Source: Eledone cirrhosa
Lineage: Eukaryota
Length of the DNA stretch: 64,000 nt
Assembly (NCBI GenBank): GCA_964016885.1
Contig: OZ024743.1
Coordinates: 29,574,001-29,638,000, forward strand
Direction: 5' to 3'
Position numbers and translations under genes: made by a program
Notes under the pieces: generated by a model
Databases searched by the model: none
Told to the model about the DNA's origin: nothing
The model's input: only the letters and a program-made list of their open reading frames with translations
Shown: positions 44,001-57,387 of the stretch, in pieces
How positions within the stretch are numbered: the first letter of the stretch is position 1
Layout: each line of letters begins with the position of its first letter

Positions 44001-44405
44001 GTCAGCCGGGAATGTCCGAGATGCGCGCAGGGTGACGAAACCGTCCTGCACGCACTCGTCCAGTGTCCGAAAATTGCTGACTTGTGGGTTTATGTCGAAC
44101 ACCTGCTGTCGCGTTTAAGACGAATCCGCTATCATCTGAGTCCATCTGAGTCCATCCTTTAGCAGGCAGTTTTTATCTGTCTGGTGGCCATGGCGAAAAA
44201 GATAGTATGGTGGACACGTTTGAAAGGGCTGAAGACGAGCACTTACCTATTCGGTGATGCTCTGATTGACTTTTTCAAATTTCATTTGAAAAGGAAAATC
44301 AGAGTAGAGAGGAAGGTGCTCTCTTCCCAGCATTTTGTTGAAAGATGGGTGAGAGAAGCAAGAATGGCCCGAGTGAATGGGCCTACTCTGAGTATATATC
44401 TGTAA
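41011..44405 (+). pseudogene. LINE ORF2 (APE endonuclease, reverse transcriptase, CCHC finger) with frameshifts near 41100 and 44150
   Basis: ATG at 41011 (MTSLRIGSINARGL); ISETK, VYAP, GDWN, TDH; KSPGLDGLP, RPIALLN, DQSKAFDRV, VRQG, YADD; CPRC...ETVLHALVQC. Confidence 0.92.
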
Positions 44406-44632
44406 ATTAAAGGTGGAAAACTGGTGGTCAGGGTCATTGTGGCCTTTTACTGGGCTTTCTCCACAAATGTCCCTCCGAAGTCTCCCCCCTATTAGGGAAT
44501 TTTTCATTGTTATTTTTGTTACATCCTCTGTTTTTGTTTTTACACGCAGAAATGCCCATTTGTACCGTCCTGTATTGTCCTGCACTGTCCTTAATGTCTA
44601 CTTTATGTAAACCCTTGTGGTTAATAAAGAAA

Positions 44633-44697
<65 letters not shown>
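44633..44697. repeat. (ATT)n microsatellite; putative R4/Dong target
   Basis: Direct repeat between the L1 3' end and the 3' end of the RLE element. Confidence 0.95.
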
Positions 44698-44698
<1 letters not shown>

Positions 44699-47600
44699 TT
44701 TGAGTCTCAGTCATTGATGTTAGTTAACTGGAAAGTTTGTTGAAATGAATATCAAGCCACTACCTGCAGCCTCAGATATTCAGGACGTATAGGAGGGTTC
44801 TTGCTGTTCCCAGCAAGCATGCCTTTTGAAGCGTTCCAAAAAGCGTGAAGGGGCCAATTTTCTTTAACCATCCCTTGAAACTTTTTGAGATAGTCCCTAG
44901 TGCGCCTATGACAATCGGGATGACTTTGACTTCATGGCAGTTCCAAATCCTTTTTACCTCCCACTTTAAGTCCTGGTATCGGTTAATTTTCTCCCTCTCC
45001 TTCTCTTGCACTCTCGTGTCGAATGGGCAGGCCACATCCACAATCAGGCGCAATTTTTTTCTTTGTCCACAACCACCAGGTCAGGTCTATTGTGTTCCAG
45101 TTTCTTGTCTGTCTGTATCCTAAAATTACACAGCACCTACACCTGATCGTTTTCTATCACCGACTCTGGCTTATGCTCATACCACTTCTCAGAATGTGGT
45201 AAATTGTTTACTTTGCATAGGTGCCAGTGGATCACCCTGCCCATCACATCATGTCTCCAGCCCTTATAGTGAGTCTGGGCTAGGTGTTTACACTCAGATA
45301 CAATGTGAGCCACAGTCTCCTCTCTCTCTCCACATATCCTGCACAGTGGGCTAGCCTCCTCCTTGTAAATATGGTGTTTCAACCACTTCGTTTTGAGGGC
45401 CTGCTCCTGCGCAGCCATTAACATTCCTTCTATAGCCTTTTTAAGGTTTTCTCTTTTCAACCAGTTCCATGTCTGTGGATCTCTGAATTTAGTTTTCTCA
45501 AAGAAGATACTATGAAGGGATTTTTCTTGAAGGCTGCTCTTTCTCCTTGATGTTATTTCCTCCTTGGACATCCCCTGGTCTATTGTCCTCTCCTTCAGTA
45601 CAGTTCTGAGCATTGGCTCCTTACTATCAGTCACGTATTTGTGTAGGTTGTTTTTCTCCATCTGAACACAATCCTCTATGCTGATAAGTACTCTTCCACA
45701 GATCTCCTTAAGTAGAGTCTATCGCCATCACTCCTCTTGTGGAACATGTTGTAGATAGTCAATAGCTTCCGAGACTTCCTATCCATTTTTTTTTGTTCAG
45801 CAACATTCCATCTCAGAATTCCCGCACTGTACCTAATAACAGACACAGCACAGGAATTTGTTGCACTTATGGCATTCCTACTGTTCAGATGTGACTTTAA
45901 TACGCTCCTTACTCTCCGAATGTATTCAGTTCTTATCAATTCCTTCATTTCTTTGTTCTTGATGTCATCAGCCTCCAGAACACCCAAATACTTGTATCCT
46001 TCTTCAGTGTCAATTTCCTTTATCATCTCACCTGTTGGTACCTGGATTCCGTTGCTTCCGCTCAATTTACCCCACTTCATAAGGATCCACACTTACTAAT
46101 ACCAAATTGCATACATATATCACTGCTGAAAATACGGACAGTGTCAACAAGCACATCCGACTCCTTCTCACTCTTCCCGAAGAGCTTAAGATCGTCCATG
46201 AAGAGGAGGTGATTGATGGTAAGCTCTCCCTTTCCCAACCCGTATCCTGCTCTCACTTTTCGCAGTACACTGGTCAGGGGCATCAGGGCAAGGACAAACA
46301 ACAGAGGGGACAGGCTATCTCCCTGGAAAATACCTCTCTTGATCTTCACGCTTCCCAAGGATTCTCCAGTTGATGTCAACTCTGTTTCCCAGGACCTCAT
46401 ACTCTTGCCCAAAAACTGTCTGATGTTATCTGCCACCTTGAAGATCTCCAGGCTTTTGGTGATCCAAGAATGAGGCACCATGTCAAATGCCTTTCTGTAG
46501 TCTATCCATCCCATGGCAAGATCAGTGTGTCTCCTCCTGCAATTCCCCATTACCATCTTATCAATAAGTAACTGGTCCTTTGTACCACGTGACTTCTTTC
46601 GGCATCCTTTCTGTTCGTCCGGTAACAAGTTGTTTGTTTGGAGGTGATGGTAGATTTCCTCAGACACAATGCTCGTCAACAGTTTCCACATTACGGACAG
46701 ACATGTGATAGGTCTATAGTTGGTAACATCATTACCCTTGATTCGGTCTTTCATTATCAGAACTGTGGTACCTTTTGTCAACCACTCTGGTACCTCACCT
46801 GACATCAAGCAGTCAATGAACATGGCTGTCAGTTTCGGGTGGAGGGATGTTATATGTTTAATTCAATACCCCTGCACACCATCTGGGCCTGGTGATTTCC
46901 AGTTGGTTAGTTTTTTGGCCTGCCTCTTAAGAGTTTCAACTGTGATACTCAAATCAGTTTATTGGTGTGCCTGCTCACCGATCTCCCTCTGTACTGTCTC
47001 AATCCACCCTGCCTGGTCATTATGTCTAACATCCTGCTCCCATATTCCTCTCCAGAATGTTTTAGTTTGTTCCGCCTCAGGGATCAAGTCGTTGCCTCTT
47101 TCTTTCCCCTCATGCTGTCCAAACAGCATCTTCTGGTTGTTGTCGAACATGCGGTTCTGTTTATACTGACTGACTCTGTTCTCGTATCGCCTGATTTTTG
47201 CACTCTTTGCTACAATGCGTTGCTTCAGTTCCTCTATGATAATATTTAGCTTTTTCCTCCTAGTTTTGTACTTTATTTCCAGTCTATTTTTAGTGCCTAT
47301 GTTTTTTAGTGTCCCATTCAGTAGTGACTCAAGCTTTCCAATGTCAATTCTCATTTCCCTGATTTGACCACTCAGTCGTTTCTTCCACCAAGGCTCTGCT
47401 CTTTCTTGTCTGTTGTTTCCTCTCGCTTTTATACCAAGTAATTTCCTCACCGTATTTGCTGTTGCTTTGAGGATATTGTTGCACTGGTGAAGGCTCCTCG
47501 CCTCAAGGTATGGGATGACTTTGTTTACCCTAGCTGTTGTTTCTTTTAACTTTTTTCTGTCTACAAATCTTAGGTTCATAGGTCTCCCACTATCATTGTT

Positions 47601-48374
47601 CAATTCATCTACCACTAAATTTAGGACGTCAACCGAATCTTGTCCTAGCCCGTCAGCATTCATCTCCTCAGTGGCCGTATCTCTGTTCCAGGTATTATTT
47701 ATCTCAGTATTCAGATCATTGTCTGCTTCGGGTGGTTCCTCCGTTCTCTCGACCTCTTCAGCTTCATTTCCCACTGGCTCGTTTTCCTGGCATACTCCAC
47801 CCTCCATCTCCAAGCTAATCTCTCTGCTCAGTTCCTCCAGTTCCAGCTCGCTTATCCACCCATTAGTTCTTATTACCCGAGCCTGCCCGGCCAATTTTTG
47901 TTCATCTAATTTAAATAGACCAATCTCGTTCCAGATGTTATGCATCCGTCTCCTATAGCCCTCTCCTTGGGGTTACTTTTCAGGTAACATTGCATAACAG
48001 TTCTATTCAATTCTTTCGTCCAGTTGGTTCTGGTCCCTTTCCTTCTTCTTCTTCCTCCGACACCAGCAGTATTTGGTTGACAGCCAGGTTCCTGCTGCTG
48101 AGCCAGGGAGCACCTGTTGGGTGAGAGTCTGTCACATGACGTTCTAGTCTCCATTTCACCGTTATTCGAACTGTTTAGGTTCGATATTTAAACACTCTTA
48201 TCGAGGATTGGCGAATGTATGGTTACATAACCATCTGTGGATTCACCGTCTCCGGTGGTTGCGCCACTCCACTTGGCTCTTGTGTGACATTATCACCACG
48301 CTGTAGACGAACACAAATAAACAAACAAACAGACAGGCAGAAAAAAACCCCAAAATGAATAGGCATAAGTTTCA
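44698..48374 (-). mobile_element. R4/Dong-clade RLE non-LTR retrotransposon, full-length but disrupted
   Basis: ORF pieces 48154 to 44772: NYRPITCL, EQKGC, WIDYRKAFDMVPH, GIFQGDSLSPLLF, FMDD, CRIC...ETVAHIVSEC, RHD, RPD...IVDVACP...EK; (TAA)n at both ends. Confidence 0.88.
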
Positions 48375-48389
48375 TATTATTATTATTAT

Positions 48390-51300
48390 TTGCATTTATC
48401 TTGCTTTATGTTCATACGAGTTATCATCAAGTCACAACCAGTGACCTCAAGAGACAACAAGGTCCGCCATGTTCAAGAAAGAACATACATATTCACACAT
48501 GCATCCTTAGTGTTTAGACTTGTGATGTACTCATATTGACAGGATCTTCCTTAGTATATGGGCAGTTCCCATTAGTACTCTCTTTTGTATTTCTCCTATA
48601 CGCGGGTTTCCTGGGATTTGCGATAAGTAGTCGTTAGACCCCTTATGTATCATTCCCAGAGCGCCTACAACCACTGGTATTGTTTTAGTTCTCAACTTCC
48701 ACATTTTTCCAATTTCTATCTCCAGGTCCTTATACTTGCTCAATTTTTCAAATGTTTTTATAGATACATTCTTGTCTATTGGAATAGACATATCAATTAG
48801 CAGGCATACCCTCCTTTGAAAGTCCTTCAATATTATATCAGGTCTATTTGCATCTATTTTTCGGTCTGTTTGGATGCTAAAGTTCCACAAGATTGAGATG
48901 TGATCTTTTTCAAGTATGGGAGGTGGTTGATGCTCCCACCAATTCTTTTGATGGGGCAGGTCAAAATGCTTACACATTATCCAATGTATGTATTGTGCAG
49001 CTCTGTCATGCCTGTTTAGGTATTCGGTTGGAGCTATAGGACTGCACATTGAAATTATATGGTCAATGGTCTCTGGTTGTTTTTTGCATACACGGCATAA
49101 TGGGCTGCACCCATTTTTTATTATGTTGGCTTGGTAATTTTTTGTTGGCAGACACTGATCTTGTGCCGATATAATCAGTCCTTCAGTCTCTGATTTCAGT
49201 CCAGAGGATGCCAACCACTGATGGGTTAAAGTTTTGTCAACATTAGGATTGTTAGCTCGCTCTGGGTATTGTCCATACAGAGGCTTTTCTTGCCATTTCT
49301 TAGCCAGTTTCTGTAGCAGTTCTTTCTTTGCAGTTACTTTTACCTGCTTTGCTTTTTCTGTGTTTTCCATTTCAGCAGTAAATGGGACTTCTGAAATTTG
49401 TAGTCCATTACTGTATCTTTGTGCATCTTTTGTAATGGAATATGATCTTTTGGTGCTTTCGTGTTTCAAAACGAGTTTGATCATCCAATCATGTGATTCC
49501 CTTAGATATGTGGATAATCCAATTGTTGCAGTTTTCAACGCAATGTCTAACTGGATTAACCCACGTCCTCCTTCTTTCCTAGGGAGATATATTCTATCTA
49601 TGTCTGCCTTAGGGTGATGCATTCTGTGCATGGTTAAGAATTTTCGGATTTTTGTATCGAGTCTACGGATCTCTGTGCTTGACCAGTTGATGACATTGTA
49701 ACTGTAGGTTACTACTGGTATGGCAAGCGTGTTTATGGCATCGATCCTATTCCTTGCATTCAATTCCGTTCTTAAGATTGCTCTGACTCTGCGGTAACAT
49801 TCCTTCCTTATCCTTTCCGTCATTGTCGAGTGCTTGATTCCGTCTCCTTCACAAACACCTAGATATTTGTAAGTTTTTTCTTGATCAAGCTCTCTTATCA
49901 CGTTCCCCCGATCAAGATTAATGTCTGAACTCTTCAGCAGCTTTCCTCTGGTGAACGTTGCTTTGGCGCATTTATCCAGTCCAAACTCCATTTTAATGTC
50001 ATCACTGAACTGCTTCACAGTGGATAATAGCCCTTGCAATTGTTCATCATTTTTTGCAAATAGTTTCAGGTCATCCATGTAGAACAGGTGATTAATGGTT
50101 TTGTCATAGACTCTATATCCATGTTTTGTTTCATTGAGCATTTTACTTAATGGTATAAGTGCGATGCAGAATAAAAGCGGTGATAAAGAGTCACCCTGAA
50201 AAATTCCACAATTAATATAAACTTCTCCAGCTCCCAGTGATTTTGTTTCACTATTCAAAAGGAGTGTCATTCTCCATGTCTTCATACTGAATGACAAAAA
50301 CCTCCTGACAACGGGGGATATTTTGAAAATCTCTAAACATTTTTCAATCCAACTGTGTGGCAAACTATCGAATGCTTTTTTATAATCTATCCAAGCAATC
50401 GATAGATTTTTGTCTCTATTATGACAATCTTCCAGTATCACTTTGTTAACCAGAAGCTGATCCTTACAGCCATATGAGCCTCGTTTACACCCTTTCTGCT
50501 CAATGGGAAATAGGTCATTTGTTATCAGGTGGTCATATGTGTATTCAGTTAGGACTGATGTTAAAATTTTATACATTGTGGTCAAGCAGGTTATCGGTCT
50601 GTAATTTTTGGGATTGTTTGTCTCATCATTCTTCGGTAGCAGGAATGTAATGCTGTTAACTAGCCATGATGGTATCTTTTCTGGCTCCTTAACTATTTCA
50701 TTGTAAAGTTGGGCTAACAGCTCATGAGTCTCTGTGAAGGTATTTATCCAAAAGTTTTGTATTTTGTCTTTTCCTGGGGATTTCCATTTGCTGGTTTTTC
50801 TTAGAGCCAAGCGCAACTGTTCAGCTGTTATATTTTCCCATGTTTGTTCTTCAAGGTGAGCTGTATCTTTCATTTGTCTGTCTATCCATGAGGCATGTAT
50901 GTTATGAACTTTTTCTTCGGCCCAGATCTTTTCCCAGAATTCTTGCACTTCCTCCTTGGGTGGTATTGATTTAGCAGTTATTGTTGACTTACCAATTTTT
51001 CTGTAGAAGTTTCTTTGGTTGTTTTTGAACATATTATTGTCCTTATAGAATCTAGATCGTTTTTCAAAGCGCCTTATACGAGCAGCTTTGGCCGACACTT
51101 TTTGCTTGATTGTTTCTATCAGCATGTCTATGTCACATGTTGATCTTATACTGTACTTTTTTTTCAATTTTCTAAGTTTAGTTTGTTTAACATGTTCACC
51201 TACTTTATAGTTTGTTCAAATTTCTATATCAGATCGGAGAAGGTTTATTTGGCGATTGATGTTATCTTGCCAAGTAGATTTCTTGTGGGAATTCCTTTGT

Positions 51301-52365
51301 TTTTTCATCTTCACTCCACATAAGTGAGTGGTGACTTTAGCCGATGCATAATAGAGATGATTTAAGTCAGTAATGTTTAGTTTGTTTGTGATGATAATGT
51401 TTTTGAGAATTATGTTAGTCTTGTGTATTATCTTTTGGTTCTGTTTGGAGTTCTGGATCTTAGGGAGGGTGTCTCGTTTCCCCATGTCAGATTCTTTCAT
51501 TTTCATCCATTCGATCATAATTTCATCCTTCAAGTTGGCAAGTTCATTCTCATTCATTTCTTTATCATTTACGAGCTCATTATTTTCATTTGGTGTTTCA
51601 TCCTGAGCATGCACTCCCTCCACTTTTTCGCTCCTTTCTTTAATTTGTTCTGTTGCCAGTGATTCCGCCCCAACCCTGGGATTCGAAGTGTTACAGTTTA
51701 CCTCGTTTTCACTGACACATGCTTCATTTTCCCTTCGCTGACTTTGTGCTAATAGCTTGATCTGATCAATTTCTATATCAGTTAGTAACTTTTTTCTTAC
51801 AATACATCTTCGTATATTGGCTAGTTTGTTACTGTCAATATAGCCTCTGTTTTCGGGATGTTTCTTTTTCCAGTTGATATATGTTTGTTCTGTATTCGAT
51901 GTATTTGATGGGTAGTACATGGCAGTGTAGAAAGCCTCAAGGACTTCTTTATTATCTTCCCTTGACCATTTTTCTCTCTTTTTCTTTGGATTTCTTGGTG
52001 GTGAGCATGGAGGGCCAACAGTAGGAGTATTCCGGTTATGGGAGGTCTCCAGCTCCGAAGTGATGGGAAGGTTTGAACCATTAGCTGATTTTTCGACCCC
52101 AGTCTGGTTCCTCTCTGAGGGACGCGGCCCTTTTTTACCCGGGTGACGGCCGATCCGGTATGAGATTTTATCATTAGACATTTACTTTATTTTGTCGCGT
52201 TTTATCCTTATCCGCCAAGGGGTAATCATTTCGTGTTACCACTTCTAGAACGAGTGTCAACCAAGATTAGAGGGGTCGTTCTCCCCTAGAGACATGGCTA
52301 TTCCCCGCCGGCCGCCATCCCGGTATTTCTTGGTCACGGGGTTTTCTTTTTGTTGTTTTTTTTAA
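48390..52365 (-). mobile_element. Second, distinct R4/Dong-clade RLE element, near-intact
   Basis: Same domain layout with a different sequence; the 3' end abuts (TAA)n at 48375-48389; the 5' boundary is approximate. Confidence 0.88.
48531..52181 (-). CDS. RT plus CCHC finger plus restriction-like endonuclease polyprotein, interrupted near 51160-51216
   Basis: ORFs 51216-52181 and 48531-51167; YMDD, CRVC...ETIDHIISMC, RHD, RPD-x-ID-x-EK. Confidence 0.85.
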
Positions 52366-53297
52366 ATTGTTATTATCATGAGTGGTTCCTTAATGTGAGC
52401 ATTGCGTGGCTTAAGAATGAAATTATTAATAATTGTCTCCACTCCAGGCACAAGGCCAGCAATCACCCAGTGCATTACAATAATATAATATACTTTTTGT
52501 TGTAGTTGGCTGTTATTGTTGTTGGCTATGTCGGTGGTGGTGCCGGGGCTTTTTATATTGTTGGTGAGGAAGGGGTGAGCCAGCAGTCCCATAATTGTTG
52601 ATGTAGACGTTTGGCCGGTGGCAAGGTCACCAAGTCAATCTATTTATATCTTTTGCTAGCCTCTCTCTTGTCTAGTGATACCGCCACCTTCCCCTTTCTC
52701 TCTCAAGTAAACAGGGGAATAGTGTCGGTAGCATTGAATGAGTGGTGGCGGCGATGATGGATGCGGTGGGGTGGTGGCAGCGGTGGTGTTGTGGTTACTG
52801 ATATAGTATCTATGAGTTTGTGTTCGTATGTTTAATATATATTTTTATTATATTTTGTGTTGACATATTCCCGTAGAATTTGAATTAAACGTTTTTTAAA
52901 ATTTGAGACAATAATAATAGTAATTATTATTATGATGCTGGTGAAATTGCCGTTATCTGGCTGTTATATTTAGTGTGATGGGATAGGTAGTGTATCAAGT
53001 TTCTGGTGTTGGTGAAATTGCTGCTATTTGGCTGTTATATATAGTGTAGACAGAGGGTGTTTTGTTCCATTTATAACCATTTTCTTTTTTTGAATACAAA
53101 ATATATAATACAAAATTGAATATTTGAGCGATACAACAATATAATATGGATCCGAAACTTTATGGGACCTCATTCGGTCCATTTATGCAACATTTGTGCT
53201 AAGAATTGTTCTTTCACAATTGATTTAAATATGTTAAAAATCAAAAACTTACGGGAGCAATTTCGTGACGTTCTACCACCTCGTGCGTCTTCTTCCC

Positions 53298-53341
<44 letters not shown>

Positions 53342-53349
53342 GTTGTTAT

Positions 53350-53534
53350 TCCTTGAATCTCAGTCATTGATGTTGGTTAACTGGAAAGTCCGTTGGATTG
53401 AATATCAAGCCACTACCTGCAGCCTCAGATATTCAGGACGTATCGGAGGGTTCTTGCTGTTCCAAGCAAGCATGCCTTTTGAAGCGTTCCAAAAAGCGTG
53501 AAGGGACCGATTTTCTTTAACCATCCCTGGAAAC

Positions 53535-53540
<6 letters not shown>
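53350..53540 (-). mobile_element. 5'-truncated 3' end of the first R4/Dong family, inside (ATT)n
   Basis: Matches 44698-44885 (WLKKIGPFTLFGTLQKACLLGTARTL.YVLNI); (ATT)n at 53299-53349 and 53541-53625. Confidence 0.9.
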
Positions 53541-53625
<85 letters not shown>

Positions 53626-53815
53626 TTCATCATTTTTATGTTTGCTTTTTCTCGCTTGCATAGTTTGGACTGAATAAATAAAGAAATGCACAAACTTATT
53701 CCAATTTGTAAATTTTATGAAATAAATAACATAGGGAAATATGTTTCATTATAAATGTCATCTTTAGTGATATTTTAAATGATGATTTACATTAATATGT
53801 AACTTAATTTTTCAG

Positions 53816-53848
53816 TACCCTCAAGTTATGGGACTACAGAAAGGAAAG
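53816..53848 (+). other. Candidate 33-nt micro-exon
   Basis: ttaatttttcag | taccctcaagttatgggactacagaaaggaaag | gtaatt; open in phase 1 (xPSSYGTTERK). Confidence 0.3.
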
Positions 53849-54183
53849 GTAATTATATACAACTATCTCTTTATCATCATCTTGCTTTTACATCCATTTT
53901 TCCATACTGGCATGGGATGGATGGCGGTGTCAGATGCCCTTCATGACACCAAACCTTTTAGTTGCCTCTTTTGATATGTTGGGATATAGTGTTCCCATTC
54001 TAAAAACCAAGATACACACTTCTTATTTAACAACTGCTCGCACTTATGACTTATTGTACACCTGCTGTGCAAGAACAGCAACTAGGAAAGCAGCACTGAC
54101 TATTAAAATCTCTTGTGAGTGGGAAATCAATAAAGTTACTCATGATAAATTGTTCAGAAAACCTTCATGTGTTTAAGAACATT

Positions 54184-54277
54184 TAACTTTGCCTTTCATC
54201 CTTACGGGGTCGATAAAATAAAGTACCAGTAATGCACTGGGTAATTGCTGGCCTTGTGCCTAACGTAGAAACAATTA
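54184..54277 (+). mobile_element. SINE 3' half
   Basis: actttgcctttcatccttacggggtcgataaaataaagtaccag...gtagaaacaatt. Confidence 0.8.
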
Positions 54278-54836
54278 TAAAACACGCACTAGCTGTTTTC
54301 TGTAATGCCAAAAACAATCATGGTCATGGATGTTATCCAACCATCTTGTTTAGGGTCTACCTCTGGGTCTCCTGCCTGTTGGTTTTGCCTGTAAAATCTG
54401 TCTAGTGATTCTTCGCTGAGACATTCTAATAGTGCTCATAGTATCAGAGCTGTGATATCTCAATTCAGAGAAGTAGCAGCTGATAACATAAATAGCAATC
54501 ATTTAATTTTGTTAAACCTCCCATCATCATCATCATTATCATCAGATTATGTCTGCTTTCCATACTGGCATGGGTTGTATGAGTCATCATGCTCCAAGAC
54601 TGATGAAAGAACCATGTCTTGCTCACTCCATATTTTGGCATAGTTTCACATTGCTTTTCATGATAGGAGTGGGGGCTCTATCATTTAAACTAGAGGACCC
54701 TCCATTACTACGCAACCTTTAGGAGGCCAGCTAAACCTACATAGGTGTGAGCTGTAAATTTTCTTTCAGTTTTCAATTACTTTGATATAAACAGAAAGAT
54801 CATTTTACTTTTTATTTTTCAATTTTTATCTTTCAG

Positions 54837-54877
54837 TGTTTGAAGACATTAATGAAACCCTTCATCAGTACAGCTGA
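54837..54877 (+). other. Candidate terminal coding exon (xFEDINETLHQYS*)
   Basis: Long pyrimidine tract ending tttcag; a phase-1 frame ending in TGA. Confidence 0.3.
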
Positions 54878-55074
54878 CTGTTTACCTGCCAAACTGTCAG
54901 AGCTAGTGAAAATATATGCTATTTTCAAAAATACAGAGTGACTGATCGGCCTGATTTGCATATTAGCATATCAATTCTACTGACATGGCTATAAAATTGA
55001 GGGTGTTTGCATAATTGCAAACGAATCGAATGTTATTATTAATATTCGAAAAACTCAGATTACATTTATATATA

Positions 55075-55233
<159 letters not shown>

Positions 55234-55665
55234 TTATTTATTAATAACATTTTAGCTCGTACTATCGTATATCTAATGATAGTTGATAAATATCGTATAT
55301 CTAATGATATATTTGATAAATAAACATTTGGAAAACCCTCTAGCTATGAATATAAATAATCCTATCTTTTGAAATTCTTTTCAACCTAATCAAATAATCT
55401 TCTTTCTTTCTTCTCATTCCTTCCACATTCCCGCATATCCCACACCATCTGTACTCCCACACACCCTCTTATCCACTTCTATATATCTGCTCCATAAGAT
55501 AGCCCCCCTCCATCACCACCACCATCCCCAACCGCTATGAATCCTATACGTACCAGCACATCTCCAAGTCACTCGGCATTCCTGATGCTTTCATACGAAT
55601 GAAAGAGACCTAACACTGTAGAAATTATGTTTACACTCTTCTAATTATTTTACTCGGGATCGCCC

Positions 55666-55735
<70 letters not shown>

Positions 55736-56075
55736 TAATTTCAGAAACACCGAAGATTCAAAGTATTATCAAACTAAAAAATATTTCTGCCGGCATAGAA
55801 TTCCAACCATTGGGTTACAGTAATATAATTTTACTTGTAGATTTCAATTCGGGACCGGATAATCAGAGTTTATTAAAGGCTTCAATAATATTTCCCGCAT
55901 ACCGTAGTAACAATTCATAACATTAAAGCACTAATTATGGTAACAATTTTCAGAAGTCTCAAACAGTTCAAATGTTTTTGAATTGTGTTTAATGAATCCA
56001 CTGCTTTGAGCTCTAAACAATTTGGTAAGAGTTTAACTCCTCCCATTAATATTATAACCATAATACTAATACAAC

Positions 56076-56111
<36 letters not shown>

Positions 56112-56254
56112 CTCTCTCTCTCTCTCTCTTTTTCTCTCTCACTCTCTATCTCTCTATCTCTCTCTCTATATATATATGTGTGTGTGTGTGCGTGTGTGTG
56201 AGTGTCTGTCTGTGCGTGTGTTTGTGTGAGGTGTATGTGTGTTTTATATATATA

Positions 56255-56465
56255 TATTTATTAAAATAACAGATACATGTTTAAGCAAATAATCGCTGCT
56301 TTCACCCTTAACGGGATCTTCTGAAGATCCCGTTAAGGGTGAAAAGCAGCGATTCTTTGCTTAAAATTTAATCTGTTATTTTAATAAATATTTGCTCTAG
56401 GGTTCTTATATATTTGATATATATTTATCCTTATTGAGCCCTCTTTGGATTTTAGTCTTATTACT
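56255..56465. mobile_element. PLE family A pLTR fragment forming a palindrome centred in the hammerhead CUGA core
   Basis: ...acgggatcttc-T-gaagatcccgt... with centre at 56322; flanked by (TA)n. Confidence 0.85.
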
Positions 56466-56613
56466 ATATATATATATACATATTTATTAAAAAGTGACTC
56501 TCATATATGTAGATCTGCCAGAAAATAATGGTTACTTGCCATCTTATAAATTATATCTTCAATCAGGTGGAAGCATGGTATGAATTAATGTACCTTCTCT
56601 TCTTGATATTTGG

Positions 56614-56659
<46 letters not shown>

Positions 56660-57387
56660 CTGTAACAATACACACAAGAAATGTATGTGAATTTGAACAG
56701 ACTATTAGACAATTAATGAGAACAAGAATAAAAGGAATCTGTTTGATAGCTTTACGTTTCATAAATCAGTTTACCATTTTCTTAACACCAGCCAACCAGC
56801 TTATTTGCTTTATTCTTTTAATTTTATTTTAAACTGCACTACTAATTATTCCGTATTCATCTAGGAGGACGACAAATCGATTCCTAAAGAGCAAATCTAA
56901 ATTAAAAGATAGTATATCTATCAAAGAGTTTCTGGCAGCGTGCCACATATAATTGTTTATGTCAAAATTTTTCAAATCACTGGAATTTTATATATTGCTT
57001 TATGTTTGAAATTAATCATTTCCAATTCATGTGAAGCTAACTTAGAGAATTTCTCTCAATTATCCTCCTTCTCTATCACATTTCTTCTATGTCTTTCTCT
57101 CTAATTCCTTTTCTGCGTCATGTCACATTTTGTTTTCATTCTTTTTATGTATTGAAAATATGCATGCGCCTGTTTTTGTGTGTGCAAGCTTGATAGAGTG
57201 TAAATATATAGTTATGTATACTTAGATATATGTCCACAGAGAAAAGAATCAAGATATGTATTTCATTTATAATTACGCATAGTATTGTCGTTCCTCAGTA
57301 AACTTATTTCCTATTATTTTATCCACCACTCCTCGCAAGCATACATAAATAAATACATACATACATACATATAAATATATATATATA

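Larger units (their letters stand above)
40200..44632 (+). mobile_element. L1/Tx1-clade LINE, 5'-truncated in ORF1
   Basis: ORF1 tail plus APE-RT-CCHC ORF2; the 3' UTR ends aataaagaaatc then (ATT)n. Confidence 0.9.

Noticed and set aside
41073-44102. Antisense and alternative-frame ORFs inside the LINE
   Set aside because: They are shadow ORFs of GC-rich ORF2 coding sequence
52201-52340. Canonical HDV-like ribozyme call
   Set aside because: The P1/P1.1/P3 elements could not be fitted; kept only as an unassigned structured leader
55578-55620. CTGATGC-tttc atac gaat-GAAA motif
   Set aside because: A9 is changed and there is no convincing stem I or stem III; at most a decayed relic
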